Shown here one piece after another: positions 7,629-16,506 of a stretch of DNA of 26,040 nucleotides. Made by a program: the position numbers and the translations under genes. The DNA is taken from the IMG/VR virus record IMGVR_UViG_3300037308_000473, positions 1 to 26,040 of that record; one strand, 5' to 3'. The notes beneath the pieces were generated by a model. That model did not search any database. It had not been told where the DNA came from and saw only the letters and a program-made list of their open reading frames with translations. Positions within the stretch are counted from its first letter, which is position 1. Every line of letters begins with the position of its first letter. This DNA comes from a virus. Its lineage: Duplodnaviria > Caudoviricetes.

Positions 7629-9097
7629 TGGCCCGCCAGATCATCGTCGACATCGTCGGCGACTCGTCGCGCTTCACGAAGTCCGTCGACGACGCCGTCG
7701 CCTCGGGCGGCAAGTTCACGAACATCCTCTCGGGCGTCGGCCTCGGCATCGGCGCGAAGGCGTTCGACCTGGCGTCCGACGCCGTCGGGGCGTTCGTGGG
7801 GCAGCTGGGCAACGCCGCCGAGGCGTACCGCGAGGACCAGGCCAGCCAGGCGAAGCTCGCCAACACGCTCCGCAACACGGTGGACGGGTTCGACGGCTCG
7901 ATGGCGGCGGTCGAGGCGTACGCCGCGGCGCAGCAGCGCCTGGGCTTCCAGGACGACGCCATCCGCGACTCCATCGGTCAGCTCGTCGGGATCACCCACG
8001 ACCAGGCCCGGGCGATGGAGCTCAACTCGCTCGCCCAGGACCTCGCCCGGGCGAAGGGGATCGACCTCGCCGCGGCCACCGACATCGTGACCAAGGCCGC
8101 GCAGGGCAACGGCAAGGCGCTCAAGGGCCTCGGCGTCGACATCGGCGGGGCGACCGACGCCGCGGGCATGCTCGACGCGATCCAGCGCAACGCCGCCGGG
8201 TCCGCCGAGGCGTGGGCCGCGACCTCCGACGGCAAGCTCGCCGTCAGCCAGGCGAAGCAGGCCGAGGCCTGGGAGAAGATCGGGGGCGTCGTCGACCGGA
8301 TCACCCAGGCCGTCCTGCCGATCGCCACCGAGGCCCTCACGGTGATCGCCGACGTGATCAGCAACGTCGCCACGGCGGCGGAGCCCGTCGTCACCGAGAT
8401 CGCCACCAAGCTCGGCCCGGTGTTCAAGACGGTCGCGGACTTCCTCAAGGGAACGGTCATCCCGGTGGTCACGCAGGTCGCGAAGACCGTCCTGCCCTGG
8501 GTCTGGGAGGCGGCCCAGAAGCTAGGGAGCATCTGGCAGGCGCAGTTCCGGGTCGTCGGGGCGGTCATCGGCGCCGCCGCGGACGTGATCCGACCGATCG
8601 TCGGCACGATCGCCGACGTGATCGGGGGCATCGGGCGCGCCGCGTCGGACGCCGTCGCCGTCGTGCGCGGCGCGGTCAACGGGGTCGTCTCCTTCTTCTC
8701 GGGCGTCGGGGCGCGCATCGGCAGCGCCACCCGGGGCATGTGGGACGGCATCTGGAACGCCTTCCGGGGCGTCATCAACACCCTCATCCGGGGCTGGAAC
8801 AGCCTCAAGTTCACGGTCCCCTCGATCGACCTGGGACCCCTCGGGAAGATCGGCGGCTTCACGATCGGCACGCCCGACATCCCCTACCTCCACCAGGGCG
8901 GCGTCGTCCCGGGCCCGCCCGGGGCCGACGTCCTCGCGGTCCTCCAGGCAGGCGAGCGGGTCGTGCCCCGCGGCGCGGCGGCGGCCAGCGCCCCGACGAT
9001 CGTCGTCAACATCAACGGCGGCCTCGTCGACGGGCCGACGATCGACGCGCTCACGAACGCGCTGGCGCGCCGCCTCCGCTACGCGCCGGGGACCTGA
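7628..9097 (+). CDS. Tape measure protein (489 aa)
   Basis: TGATG overlap; MARQIIVDIVGDSSRF start, Ala/Gly-rich helical body, periodic W/F residues, C-terminal IPYLHQGGVVPG..VLAVLQAGERVVP..IVVNING. Confidence 0.88.
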   Translation: MARQIIVDIVGDSSRFTKSVDDAVASGGKFTNILSGVGLGIGAKAFDLASDAVGAFVGQLGNAAEAYREDQASQAKLANTLRNTVDGFDGSMAAVEAYAAAQQRLGFQDDAIRDSIGQLVGITHDQARAMELNSLAQDLARAKGIDLAAATDIVTKAAQGNGKALKGLGVDIGGATDAAGMLDAIQRNAAGSAEAWAATSDGKLAVSQAKQAEAWEKIGGVVDRITQAVLPIATEALTVIADVISNVATAAEPVVTEIATKLGPVFKTVADFLKGTVIPVVTQVAKTVLPWVWEAAQKLGSIWQAQFRVVGAVIGAAADVIRPIVGTIADVIGGIGRAASDAVAVVRGAVNGVVSFFSGVGARIGSATRGMWDGIWNAFRGVINTLIRGWNSLKFTVPSIDLGPLGKIGGFTIGTPDIPYLHQGGVVPGPPGADVLAVLQAGERVVPRGAAAASAPTIVVNINGGLVDGPTIDALTNALARRLRYAPGT

Positions 9098-9100
9098 CCG

Positions 9101-12100
9101 GTGGCCTCGGTCCTGGTGATCGCCGGCGTCGACCAGACGGCGCGGATCCGCTGGGCGTCGATGACGGCCAAGCTCAACACCCTCGACGTCACCCTCGTCG
9201 ACCCGGCGACCCTGCCCGAGCTCGGCGACGCGGTGACGCTCACCAACCCGGCCTGGGCCGGCACGGTCGCCGCGGTCCGCCGCGCGGACGCCGTGGACCG
9301 GGCGACCGGGCACACCCTCGTGACGGTCGCCGCGACGAACACCGAGGCCGCGACGGCGTCTGCCGCGCCGTTCGCGCTCTCCGACGCCCCCGACAACGTG
9401 ACGACCTTCGGCTACTCCCGGCTCGAGCTCGCGACGGCGGCCAACCAGGACGGCACGACCACGACCCACGGCTCGTGCACGATCACCCAGCCGGGCCTCT
9501 GGCCGGCGATGACGTTCCTCCTCACGTCGGCGAACCTCGGCAAGGCGGGCGCCGGCTACTCGGTCAGCAACGTGACGGTGACCTGGCCGACGCCCGGCGC
9601 GCCGTCGTTCGCGGTCGAGTTCGGCGACCCGATCGTGACGATGGCGGTGTGGGCGGCGAGCCAGGCCGGCGCGGCGCCGGAGGGCTCGATCGACGGCACC
9701 CGGATCACCCCGGGCACGGTCGACACCCCGCAGCTGCGGGCGAACGCGGTGACCGCGGAGAAGATCCTCGCCGGGTCGGTCACCGGCGACAAGCTCGCCG
9801 CCACGCTGCTCCTCGCGTCGCTCATCAAGACCGCCGCGCCCGATGGCTCCGACCCCGGCACCGGGGTCCGGGTGGAGCTCGACCGGGAGGGCATCCGGGC
9901 GTACGACGCGGGCGACGTCCTGCAGGTGAACATCCCGACCGACGGCTCGCCCGTCTACGTCCGGGGCCAGGTGTCGGCGACGAACCTCGTGGCGACCGCG
10001 TCGTCGCTCCTCCAGGGGACGGCGCTCCTCGGGGTGGGCGCGACGATGACCGTGCAGAACAACGTCGCCGACCCGACCGCGGCGCCCGTGCTCGTCGGCT
10101 CGGTGCCGCGGCTCACCCTCGGGACGGCGCCGGCCCACCCGTCCGCGGGCCTCTGCTACGACCCCGCGGGCGACGCGGGCGGCGGGACGCCGACGTTCTG
10201 GGTCGGCGCGACCGCCGACGACGGCGGCACGACCGACGTCGCCTACGAGTACCGCGCCAGCGACGGCGCGCTCCTGCGCACGCTGCGCAAGACGGGCTCG
10301 ACGCAGACGATCACCGGGGCCACGGCCGGCAGCACCTCGCACGTCAGCGACACCGCCGAAGCCCGGACGGGCTCCACCGAGACGCACATCGCGACCCCGA
10401 TCACGATGCCGTCGCGCGACAACATGAAGATCACCGCGGTGTCGGTCTACTGCGCCGGCTACTCGGGCGACGCGACCGTCCGCAACGGCGTCTGGGACGA
10501 CGTGTCGGGGGCGGGGAACCTGCTCCGCGAGTCGGCGTCGTACACGGCGGCCTCGAAGGCGTTCTCGAACGGCAACAGCGTCCACTACAACAAGAGCCTC
10601 ACCTCGCCCCTGTCGGTCGCCCCCGGCGCGACGATCTACGCCGGCTTCCGGCGTCTCTCCTCGACCGGCTTCCAGTGGGATCGCGACGACGGCTCGGGCA
10701 AGACCACGAAGAGCGGCGACGACTACACCGGCGACGGCACGGGCTGGGGGACGTGGAACAGCGCGTCCAAGCCCAACGTGTACGTCACCTACCAGTACGA
10801 CGTGGACTCCTCGCTCGAGGGGCCGATGGGCGCGATCGTCGGCATCGCCCGCGCCGGCTCGTCGGTCTGGGTGCTCGACGACCTCGGCACGCTGTTCCAG
10901 TACAACCAGGCCGACCTCGCGTACGTCGGCAAGACCACCGCGATCGCGGCGTACATCACGGGCGCGAAGGCTGGCGCCGGCCTCTTCTGGGACGGGACGA
11001 ACCTCGTCGTGACGACGGCGTCGGGCACGACCGGCACCGACCAGGTGCGCCTCGTCAAGTGCACAGCCGCCGGCGCCTACGCGTCCACGCTCACCTGCTC
11101 GGGCCTCGCGGTCAACGGCTCGACCGCCACGATCCGGGGCGGGTGCCTGGTCAACGACGCCCTCAACGGGAACGCGCCGACGTACTGGGTCGCGATCGGC
11201 GGCGCCTTCGCCGGCGCGTACGGGTTCGTCGCCGCGACCGGGGCGAACACCGCGAACCGCGACTTCGGCGCAGCCGGCGAGATCGCCGGCGGCGTGGCCC
11301 ACGACGGGACGGCGTTCCGCGGATGGGCCGCCGCCGCCCCGACGAGCGTCTGGACGTTCACGACGTGGGACTGGTCGAGCGCCACGCAGCCGTTCTGGCT
11401 GGCGTACTCCTGGTACGACGATGTCGGCACCGTCCACGAGACCCGCGTCGGGCCGCGGGCGAGCATCAGCCTCGGGCGGCGCCGGCAGCTCGGCGTGACG
11501 CTGCCCAGCGTCCCGGCCGGCGGCGCCGAGGACCCCTCCAAGCTCAACCTCTACATGCTCGCGGCGGCCGCGGACCCGGGCACGGGGTCCGGCACGATGA
11601 AGCTCCAGTCGACGACGACGGCCACGCAGCTGACGCTCACCTCGTACAGCTCGGCCGGCGCCGCCGACCCGGCCTCGAACAACTTCCCGGGCGGCACGCC
11701 GGCGGTGATCCAGAGCCAGGTGGCCGGGTGGGCGCTGCGGGGCGACGGCACCGCCTCCCTGGCGAGCGCCACGGTCACGGGCGCAATCACCCGGTCGGGC
11801 GAGGCATGGGCCGCCCCGACCCTCACCAACTCCTGGGTGAACTACGGGTCGAGCTACAACGGCGCCGCCTACCGCAAGGACGCCCAGGGGTACGTCCACC
11901 TGCGCGGGCTGATCAAGTCCGGCACCGTCGGCTCCGCGGCCTTCACGCTGCCCGCAGGGTTCCGCCCGGGAGGGGGCACCATCCTGCACGCGACGATCTC
12001 CAACAGCGCGATCGGCAGGGTCGACATCGCCACCACGGGCACCGTGACCCCGGCGTCCCCGTCAAGTAACGGATGGGTCTCCCTCGAGGGGATCACGTTC

Positions 12101-12115
12101 CTTGCCGAGGCGTAG
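9101..12115 (+). CDS. Multi-domain tail tip / central fibre / receptor-binding protein (1004 aa)
   Basis: Thr/Gly/Ser-rich beta protein after TMP; ANAVTAEKILAGSVTGDKL fibre repeats, RVELDREGIRAYD, C-terminal W..PTL.NSWVNY..YRK..G.VHLRGLIKSG..FTLPAGFRP head domain. Confidence 0.82.
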   Translation: MASVLVIAGVDQTARIRWASMTAKLNTLDVTLVDPATLPELGDAVTLTNPAWAGTVAAVRRADAVDRATGHTLVTVAATNTEAATASAAPFALSDAPDNVTTFGYSRLELATAANQDGTTTTHGSCTITQPGLWPAMTFLLTSANLGKAGAGYSVSNVTVTWPTPGAPSFAVEFGDPIVTMAVWAASQAGAAPEGSIDGTRITPGTVDTPQLRANAVTAEKILAGSVTGDKLAATLLLASLIKTAAPDGSDPGTGVRVELDREGIRAYDAGDVLQVNIPTDGSPVYVRGQVSATNLVATASSLLQGTALLGVGATMTVQNNVADPTAAPVLVGSVPRLTLGTAPAHPSAGLCYDPAGDAGGGTPTFWVGATADDGGTTDVAYEYRASDGALLRTLRKTGSTQTITGATAGSTSHVSDTAEARTGSTETHIATPITMPSRDNMKITAVSVYCAGYSGDATVRNGVWDDVSGAGNLLRESASYTAASKAFSNGNSVHYNKSLTSPLSVAPGATIYAGFRRLSSTGFQWDRDDGSGKTTKSGDDYTGDGTGWGTWNSASKPNVYVTYQYDVDSSLEGPMGAIVGIARAGSSVWVLDDLGTLFQYNQADLAYVGKTTAIAAYITGAKAGAGLFWDGTNLVVTTASGTTGTDQVRLVKCTAAGAYASTLTCSGLAVNGSTATIRGGCLVNDALNGNAPTYWVAIGGAFAGAYGFVAATGANTANRDFGAAGEIAGGVAHDGTAFRGWAAAAPTSVWTFTTWDWSSATQPFWLAYSWYDDVGTVHETRVGPRASISLGRRRQLGVTLPSVPAGGAEDPSKLNLYMLAAAADPGTGSGTMKLQSTTTATQLTLTSYSSAGAADPASNNFPGGTPAVIQSQVAGWALRGDGTASLASATVTGAITRSGEAWAAPTLTNSWVNYGSSYNGAAYRKDAQGYVHLRGLIKSGTVGSAAFTLPAGFRPGGGTILHATISNSAIGRVDIATTGTVTPASPSSNGWVSLEGITFLAEA

Positions 12116-12498
12116 ACGGCGCACCGTTGGATCCCCCTGCATAAGGGCCAGATAAGTAGCCGGTGAGCGGAGTGGTACAGGATCACATCGTCCTGGCTCC
12201 GCGCCCGCCGGAGCGATCACGCAGGGCCGCTCAGACTGGCCCGCGTCCAGCTCGCGGCGGGGTGGCCGGGCCTTCGGTCTCTGATCGCTCATCGCCACCT
12301 TGGCAACGCTGGCGCAGGCTTCAAGCCGCGACGAGGTCGTCGGAGTACCCGGCAAGTGACAGACTGTTGTCACGCTGGCGGATGACGCTCGCCCAGGGCT
12401 CGTTCCAAGGACGTGGCCCCCGTGCTGCACCGAAGCCCACGGCAGGCGCATCGGTTCTCGTCGCGGGTGATCAGTCATATGGCGGAGGTGCATGTCTG

Positions 12499-14070
12499 AT
12501 GCGGGACGTCTACGCGGCGATGTTCGAGCTTGGCCGGCGCGACGAACCAGTCGTTGGCCTTCTCGAGGCTGGCGCCGCGACCGTCCTCCGCTGGGTCGGC
12601 GACCGCTATCGCATGCCAGCGCCAGAGGACGTGACCGCCGGCTCGCTTCAATCAGGCAACGACCGTGCCGACTGGGCGACTCAGACCGTCGAAGGCGACC
12701 CCCGGCGCCTTTGGGAACTCCTGTGGCGTCAGCATGACGAGCACGATCAGGGCCTTGTCTGGCGGATCGGCGTCACGATCGCGGACACGGGATCTCGGCC
12801 GGTGGCCACCGTCCGACTGGCACTGGAGTCGGTCGACCTCCGCATCGCCCCGTTCCGCTTCGACCTGGGGCGTCCCGGCGTGATCCCCCGTCTCGCGTCG
12901 GCTCCCGGCGCGATCCTCGACGGACGGCCGCTTCAGCCTACCGCCGTCCGCCTCCTCAGCGACCACATCGACCCGTTTGTGGAGATGCTCCTCGACCCGG
13001 ACCGGCGGCTCCCGGTGGTCGCGATCTCGCCGGCAAGGGAAACAGGCAGAGCCCTCGTCGACGTCGACCGAGTCGCGGACCGGCTGATCGGGCTGGCCCA
13101 CGTAGTCTCGCTCGAGACCATGGCCGCCACCTGGGAACTGAGCGACCGGGTCACGACGGTATTCTCGGTCTACCAGGGAGCCGTCCGTACCTACTGGCCC
13201 GGCCTCACGCTCGAGGACGACCCCTACCGTCACCCCTTGTGGCTGCCAGATCGGGTCCGCCTCTTCGAGAGCGGACCCACGCCAGTCGCCGCGCGGCTCG
13301 AACGGCTGCTCACCGACGTCGCGCTAGCCCGAGTACCGGTTGAGTCGCTCGGCCGGCACCTGCGCGCCGCGCGGGACGCCAGGACGGTTGCCCGGCTGGC
13401 GGAGATGCAGGAGCAGCTGGCGACACCCGTGAGAGGCGAGCCCGACGAGGCCTGGCTCGCCGAGCTTGACGATGCGCTGGGCCAGATTGGCACGGTGACC
13501 GCTGCCAACCAGGCCCTGCACGATGAGAACGAGAGCCTGCGGGACGAGGTGGAGCGTCTCCAGCGCTCCTTCGCGGACTACGCTGCAGCACTCAGGACCT
13601 CCGGCGTCGATGCTCGACAGGAGCCCGGCTCGGATCAGCCGATCGACTCGGTCCTCGGCGCGACGCGCCGTGCGGCGGAGTCGTGCCCGCACCTTTACTT
13701 CCTCGATGAAGCCTTCGACGGTGCGGGCCGCTCGGGCTACCCACAGCCCGAGCGCGTGTACGACGCGCTTCTCGCCGTCGAGAGCGTTGCCCGCGGCTGG
13801 GCCGAGAACACCCTCGGGACCGGCTTCCCGCAGGCTTTCGAGCGTCTCGGCTACGAGTACCAGGACAACGTCGGCATGGCATCGGCCCAGTGGCCAGGCG
13901 AGTACGCGCGCCAGTACCGTGGCCGACAGTACATGCTCGGCCCCCACCTTGGCCTGGGCCGCGGCACGTCTGCAGACAACATCGCCCGCATCTACTGGTT
14001 CCTCGACGAGGAGCGGAAGCTGTTCGTCGTTGGCCACGTCGGCCGCCATCTGCGATACCCAGGAAGTTGA
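12499..14070 (+). CDS. Uncharacterised 523-aa protein: alpha/beta domain + coiled coil + C-terminal RelE-like domain; candidate defence protein
   Basis: RBS GGAGGTG at 12484-12490 favours ATG 12499; DPDRRLPVVAIS, L.GLAHV, GAVRTYWPG, HPLW; heptad segment ANQALHDENESLRDEVERLQRS; C-terminal HL..G..RIYWFLDE..FVVGHVGRHL. Confidence 0.6.
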   Translation: MRDVYAAMFELGRRDEPVVGLLEAGAATVLRWVGDRYRMPAPEDVTAGSLQSGNDRADWATQTVEGDPRRLWELLWRQHDEHDQGLVWRIGVTIADTGSRPVATVRLALESVDLRIAPFRFDLGRPGVIPRLASAPGAILDGRPLQPTAVRLLSDHIDPFVEMLLDPDRRLPVVAISPARETGRALVDVDRVADRLIGLAHVVSLETMAATWELSDRVTTVFSVYQGAVRTYWPGLTLEDDPYRHPLWLPDRVRLFESGPTPVAARLERLLTDVALARVPVESLGRHLRAARDARTVARLAEMQEQLATPVRGEPDEAWLAELDDALGQIGTVTAANQALHDENESLRDEVERLQRSFADYAAALRTSGVDARQEPGSDQPIDSVLGATRRAAESCPHLYFLDEAFDGAGRSGYPQPERVYDALLAVESVARGWAENTLGTGFPQAFERLGYEYQDNVGMASAQWPGEYARQYRGRQYMLGPHLGLGRGTSADNIARIYWFLDEERKLFVVGHVGRHLRYPGS

Positions 14071-14217
14071 GCGGGGACCCCAACTGCCCCACAAGCCGGC
14101 AGGCTCACCGAACCACTCCACCGTGGTCCGTCGGACAGGGGCCGGTCCAGTGGGTGAAGATGGAGGCGTCGGCGCTGCGGAAACCGGCGACACGGCAACC
14201 GGGAGGAGCCAACCAGA

Positions 14218-14931
14218 GTGGCAAGGTTCGACTGGACCAGGGAGGAACTAGTACTCGCCCTCGACCTCTACGTGCAGGCCTACCCGCATGCCCCCGGGAA
14301 GGGGAGTGCAGAGGTCCGGGAACTCAGCACGCTCCTCCGCTCGCTGCCAATCCATCCCGTCGCGGATCGCGAGCCCGAGTTCAGAAACATAGAGGGCGTC
14401 TACCTGAAGCTGATGAACTTCCGGGCGCTCGACCCACGAGCACCGGGCGTCGGCATGCCACACGGCGCTCATCTCGACGGAGTCATCTGGGACGAGTACG
14501 GACACGACCCCGAGCGCCTCCGGCGAGTCGCGCGGGAGATCAAGGCTGGCGCGAGCGTTGATCCGGCCGAGGTCGCGGCGGTGCGGTCCGACGACGACGC
14601 CGAGGAAGTCGAGGGCGGCATCGTGACCGCGGCCCACCGGCGTCGGGAGCGCAGCCGATCCCTCGCCCGCCGGAAGCGCGCCGACGTCCGACAGCAGACC
14701 GGTCGGCTCGCTTGCGAAGCCTGTGGGCTGGACTTCGACGCCGTCTACGGCCCCGACATCGGGGAGGGGGTCTCCGAGTGCCATCACCGCGTCCCGCTCG
14801 CGACGAGCGGCCCGACGCGGACGCGGCTGAAGGACCTCGCGATCCTGTGCGCCAACTGCCATCGCGCCGTCCACCGGCTCCGTCCGATGGACCTCGAGGA
14901 ACTCCAACGGCGCGTGAATCGGGCCGGATGA
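14218..14931 (+). CDS. McrA-like HNH endonuclease (putative modification-dependent restriction)
   Basis: DWTREELVLALDLY..FRN..GV.LKL.NF..LDP N-domain; EG..H..RERS, CEAC, ECHH..PL, LCANCHR..H Zn/HNH motifs; RBS GGAGGAG. Confidence 0.82.
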   Translation: MARFDWTREELVLALDLYVQAYPHAPGKGSAEVRELSTLLRSLPIHPVADREPEFRNIEGVYLKLMNFRALDPRAPGVGMPHGAHLDGVIWDEYGHDPERLRRVAREIKAGASVDPAEVAAVRSDDDAEEVEGGIVTAAHRRRERSRSLARRKRADVRQQTGRLACEACGLDFDAVYGPDIGEGVSECHHRVPLATSGPTRTRLKDLAILCANCHRAVHRLRPMDLEELQRRVNRAG

Positions 14932-14997
14932 GGATCGAACGACGGTCGTTGCCCCGGTCCTATGGAGCCAATGGGTGGAGGGCGCAGCGTCCCGGGT

Positions 14998-15885
14998 CTA
15001 CGGTGCCGGGAAACGCCGAAGGACGCCTTCGACCCCATCGATCAGGGTCCGCACCTCGGCAGGTTCGGGTTCTCGGTCGAGGACGTGAACACACCCCTTG
15101 CGGATCACGGCCAAGGTGGAGATGAGGGTCCACGTCGCCTGGTCGATGTGTCCCGCCCTGAACGCTGACTGGTTGTAGTCCTCCAGCGTTGGATCACGAC
15201 GTGCCGACACGACCGGCGTCGGCGCAATGGCCTTGAGACGCCGCTCCAGCTCGACCGCGGCGATGCACCCGGCCGCGCGGAGGTGACCGGCCTGGAGGTG
15301 GCCTTCGGCCTCGCGGAGGATCGCCCCGGTGTCGTCCAAGGCGCGTACCAGGCCGGCGTAGGTCACGCGAAGTCGGATGGACGGCCCGCCATACATCCGG
15401 CCCTCGACGAGGAACCTGTCCTTCAAGTTGCCGAACACCGCCACCGCGCGGCTGCCATCCCAGCCCCACCCGAGATCGCGGAAGACATCCTGCGCGTCAA
15501 CCTCCGTGACGTCGGCGCGATCCTCGCCCGGTCGCTCGGACAGCCGCGCGACCGCCACGAGGAACTCCTCGTCCTCGGTGTCAAGGTAGCCCGACCGCAG
15601 CTCGGACCATGTCGCCGTCAGCGGCTCAGTGCGGAAGCGTCGGGCCGCCGGCGGGTAGCCGACCTGGGGGCTGGCCGAGTCGTACTCGACAAGTCCGTGC
15701 CGTCCGAGGTCGCGGAGCACGTGGTCGAGTCCGAGGACGATGGGGTTGGCGACTTCAGGTGGCTGTCCGTTCACGTGGAGCCCGAGCTCCTCGGCGAGCT
15801 GCCACAGCATCAGCGGTTGGTGGCGTGGCCGGTCGCGGACGACGACCCGAAGTACAGCCTGGACCCAATCGACGTAGCGGATCAC
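14998..15885 (-). CDS. Winged-helix + C-terminal HEPN (DUF4145-like) protein (295 aa)
   Basis: Likely GTG start at 15885; two wHTH-like segments (LRDLGRHGLVEY; LKDRFLVEG..RVTYAG); C-terminal AAGCIAAVELERRLK and RKGCVH (Rx4H). Confidence 0.65.
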   Translation of the reverse strand: MIRYVDWVQAVLRVVVRDRPRHQPLMLWQLAEELGLHVNGQPPEVANPIVLGLDHVLRDLGRHGLVEYDSASPQVGYPPAARRFRTEPLTATWSELRSGYLDTEDEEFLVAVARLSERPGEDRADVTEVDAQDVFRDLGWGWDGSRAVAVFGNLKDRFLVEGRMYGGPSIRLRVTYAGLVRALDDTGAILREAEGHLQAGHLRAAGCIAAVELERRLKAIAPTPVVSARRDPTLEDYNQSAFRAGHIDQATWTLISTLAVIRKGCVHVLDREPEPAEVRTLIDGVEGVLRRFPAP

Positions 15886-15983
15886 GGCGAGAGTGTCCGA
15901 TATTGGAGTGTCGGCTGTGTGCGTCAGGTGCCGGCTACCGCCTCGGAAGTTGTCTCGCGCTCGCCAACGACTAGGCTTCGGAC

Positions 15984-16457
15984 GTGTCCAGGCGCATCTC
16001 GCGGTATCCCCTACTCCCGTACCCCGTGCCCACGTCCGTGGCTGCGTCCAACACGATGCGTGCAAACCGGCCTTCGAACACTCGGCCAGAGCTCCTCGTG
16101 CGGTCGCTTGTCCATCGACACGGCCTGAGATACCGGGTCCACCTACCGATCCAGGTCGCAGACGGCATGCGTGCCCGTCCCGATCTGGTTTTCACACGGC
16201 GGAAGCTCGTCGTCTTCGTTGATGGTTGCTTCTGGCATGGTTGCCCGGTACATGGTCGCGCGCCGAAGAGCAACCAAGCCTATTGGGTTCCGAAGCTGGA
16301 GCGGAACGCACATCGCGACAGGTTGATCGACGAGCTCCTAGCCGATCTGGGCTGGGAGGTCCTGCGGGTCTGGGAGCACACCCCGCCCGAGGATGCTGCG
16401 GCGATGATCGAAGAGGCCGTTCGGAGCCCGATCCGCCGCCCAAAGCCCCCTACCTGA
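15984..16457 (+). CDS. vsr: Very short patch repair endonuclease
   Basis: M.ANR..NT.PEL, RPDLVF, VFVDGCFWHGCP.H, YW..KL.RN..RD, GWEVLRVWEH. Confidence 0.95.
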   Translation: MSRRISRYPLLPYPVPTSVAASNTMRANRPSNTRPELLVRSLVHRHGLRYRVHLPIQVADGMRARPDLVFTRRKLVVFVDGCFWHGCPVHGRAPKSNQAYWVPKLERNAHRDRLIDELLADLGWEVLRVWEHTPPEDAAAMIEEAVRSPIRRPKPPT

Positions 16458-16476
16458 CCACTTACCTACTGTTAGC

Positions 16477-16504
16477 CTCCCGGAAACGCAGACGTATCCG
16501 GGAG
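16477..16504 (+). promoter_or_regulatory. Inverted repeat covering the RBS of the restriction endonuclease gene
   Basis: CTCCCGGA(16477-16484)/TCCGGGAG(16497-16504) perfect 8 bp, plus ACG/CGT inner pairs; right arm contains GGGAG. Confidence 0.5.
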
Positions 16505-16506
16505 CT

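Noticed and set aside
196-12069. Many very long alternative-frame and antisense ORFs (e.g. 383..2857 -, 8212..12069 +, 8522..11989 -)
   Set aside because: Arg/Gly/Pro-rich shadows expected in very high-GC DNA; they overlap well-supported phage genes.
12163-12498. 112-aa N-terminal extension of the cargo ORF given in the ORF track
   Set aside because: Low-complexity translation; strong RBS sits before ATG 12499.
11760-12500. Diversity-generating retroelement targeting the tail-tip C-terminus
   Set aside because: No reverse transcriptase and no template/variable repeat pair seen.
15886-16065. N-terminal extension of the HEPN ORF
   Set aside because: Would overlap vsr head-to-head; protein-like sequence begins at GTG 15885.
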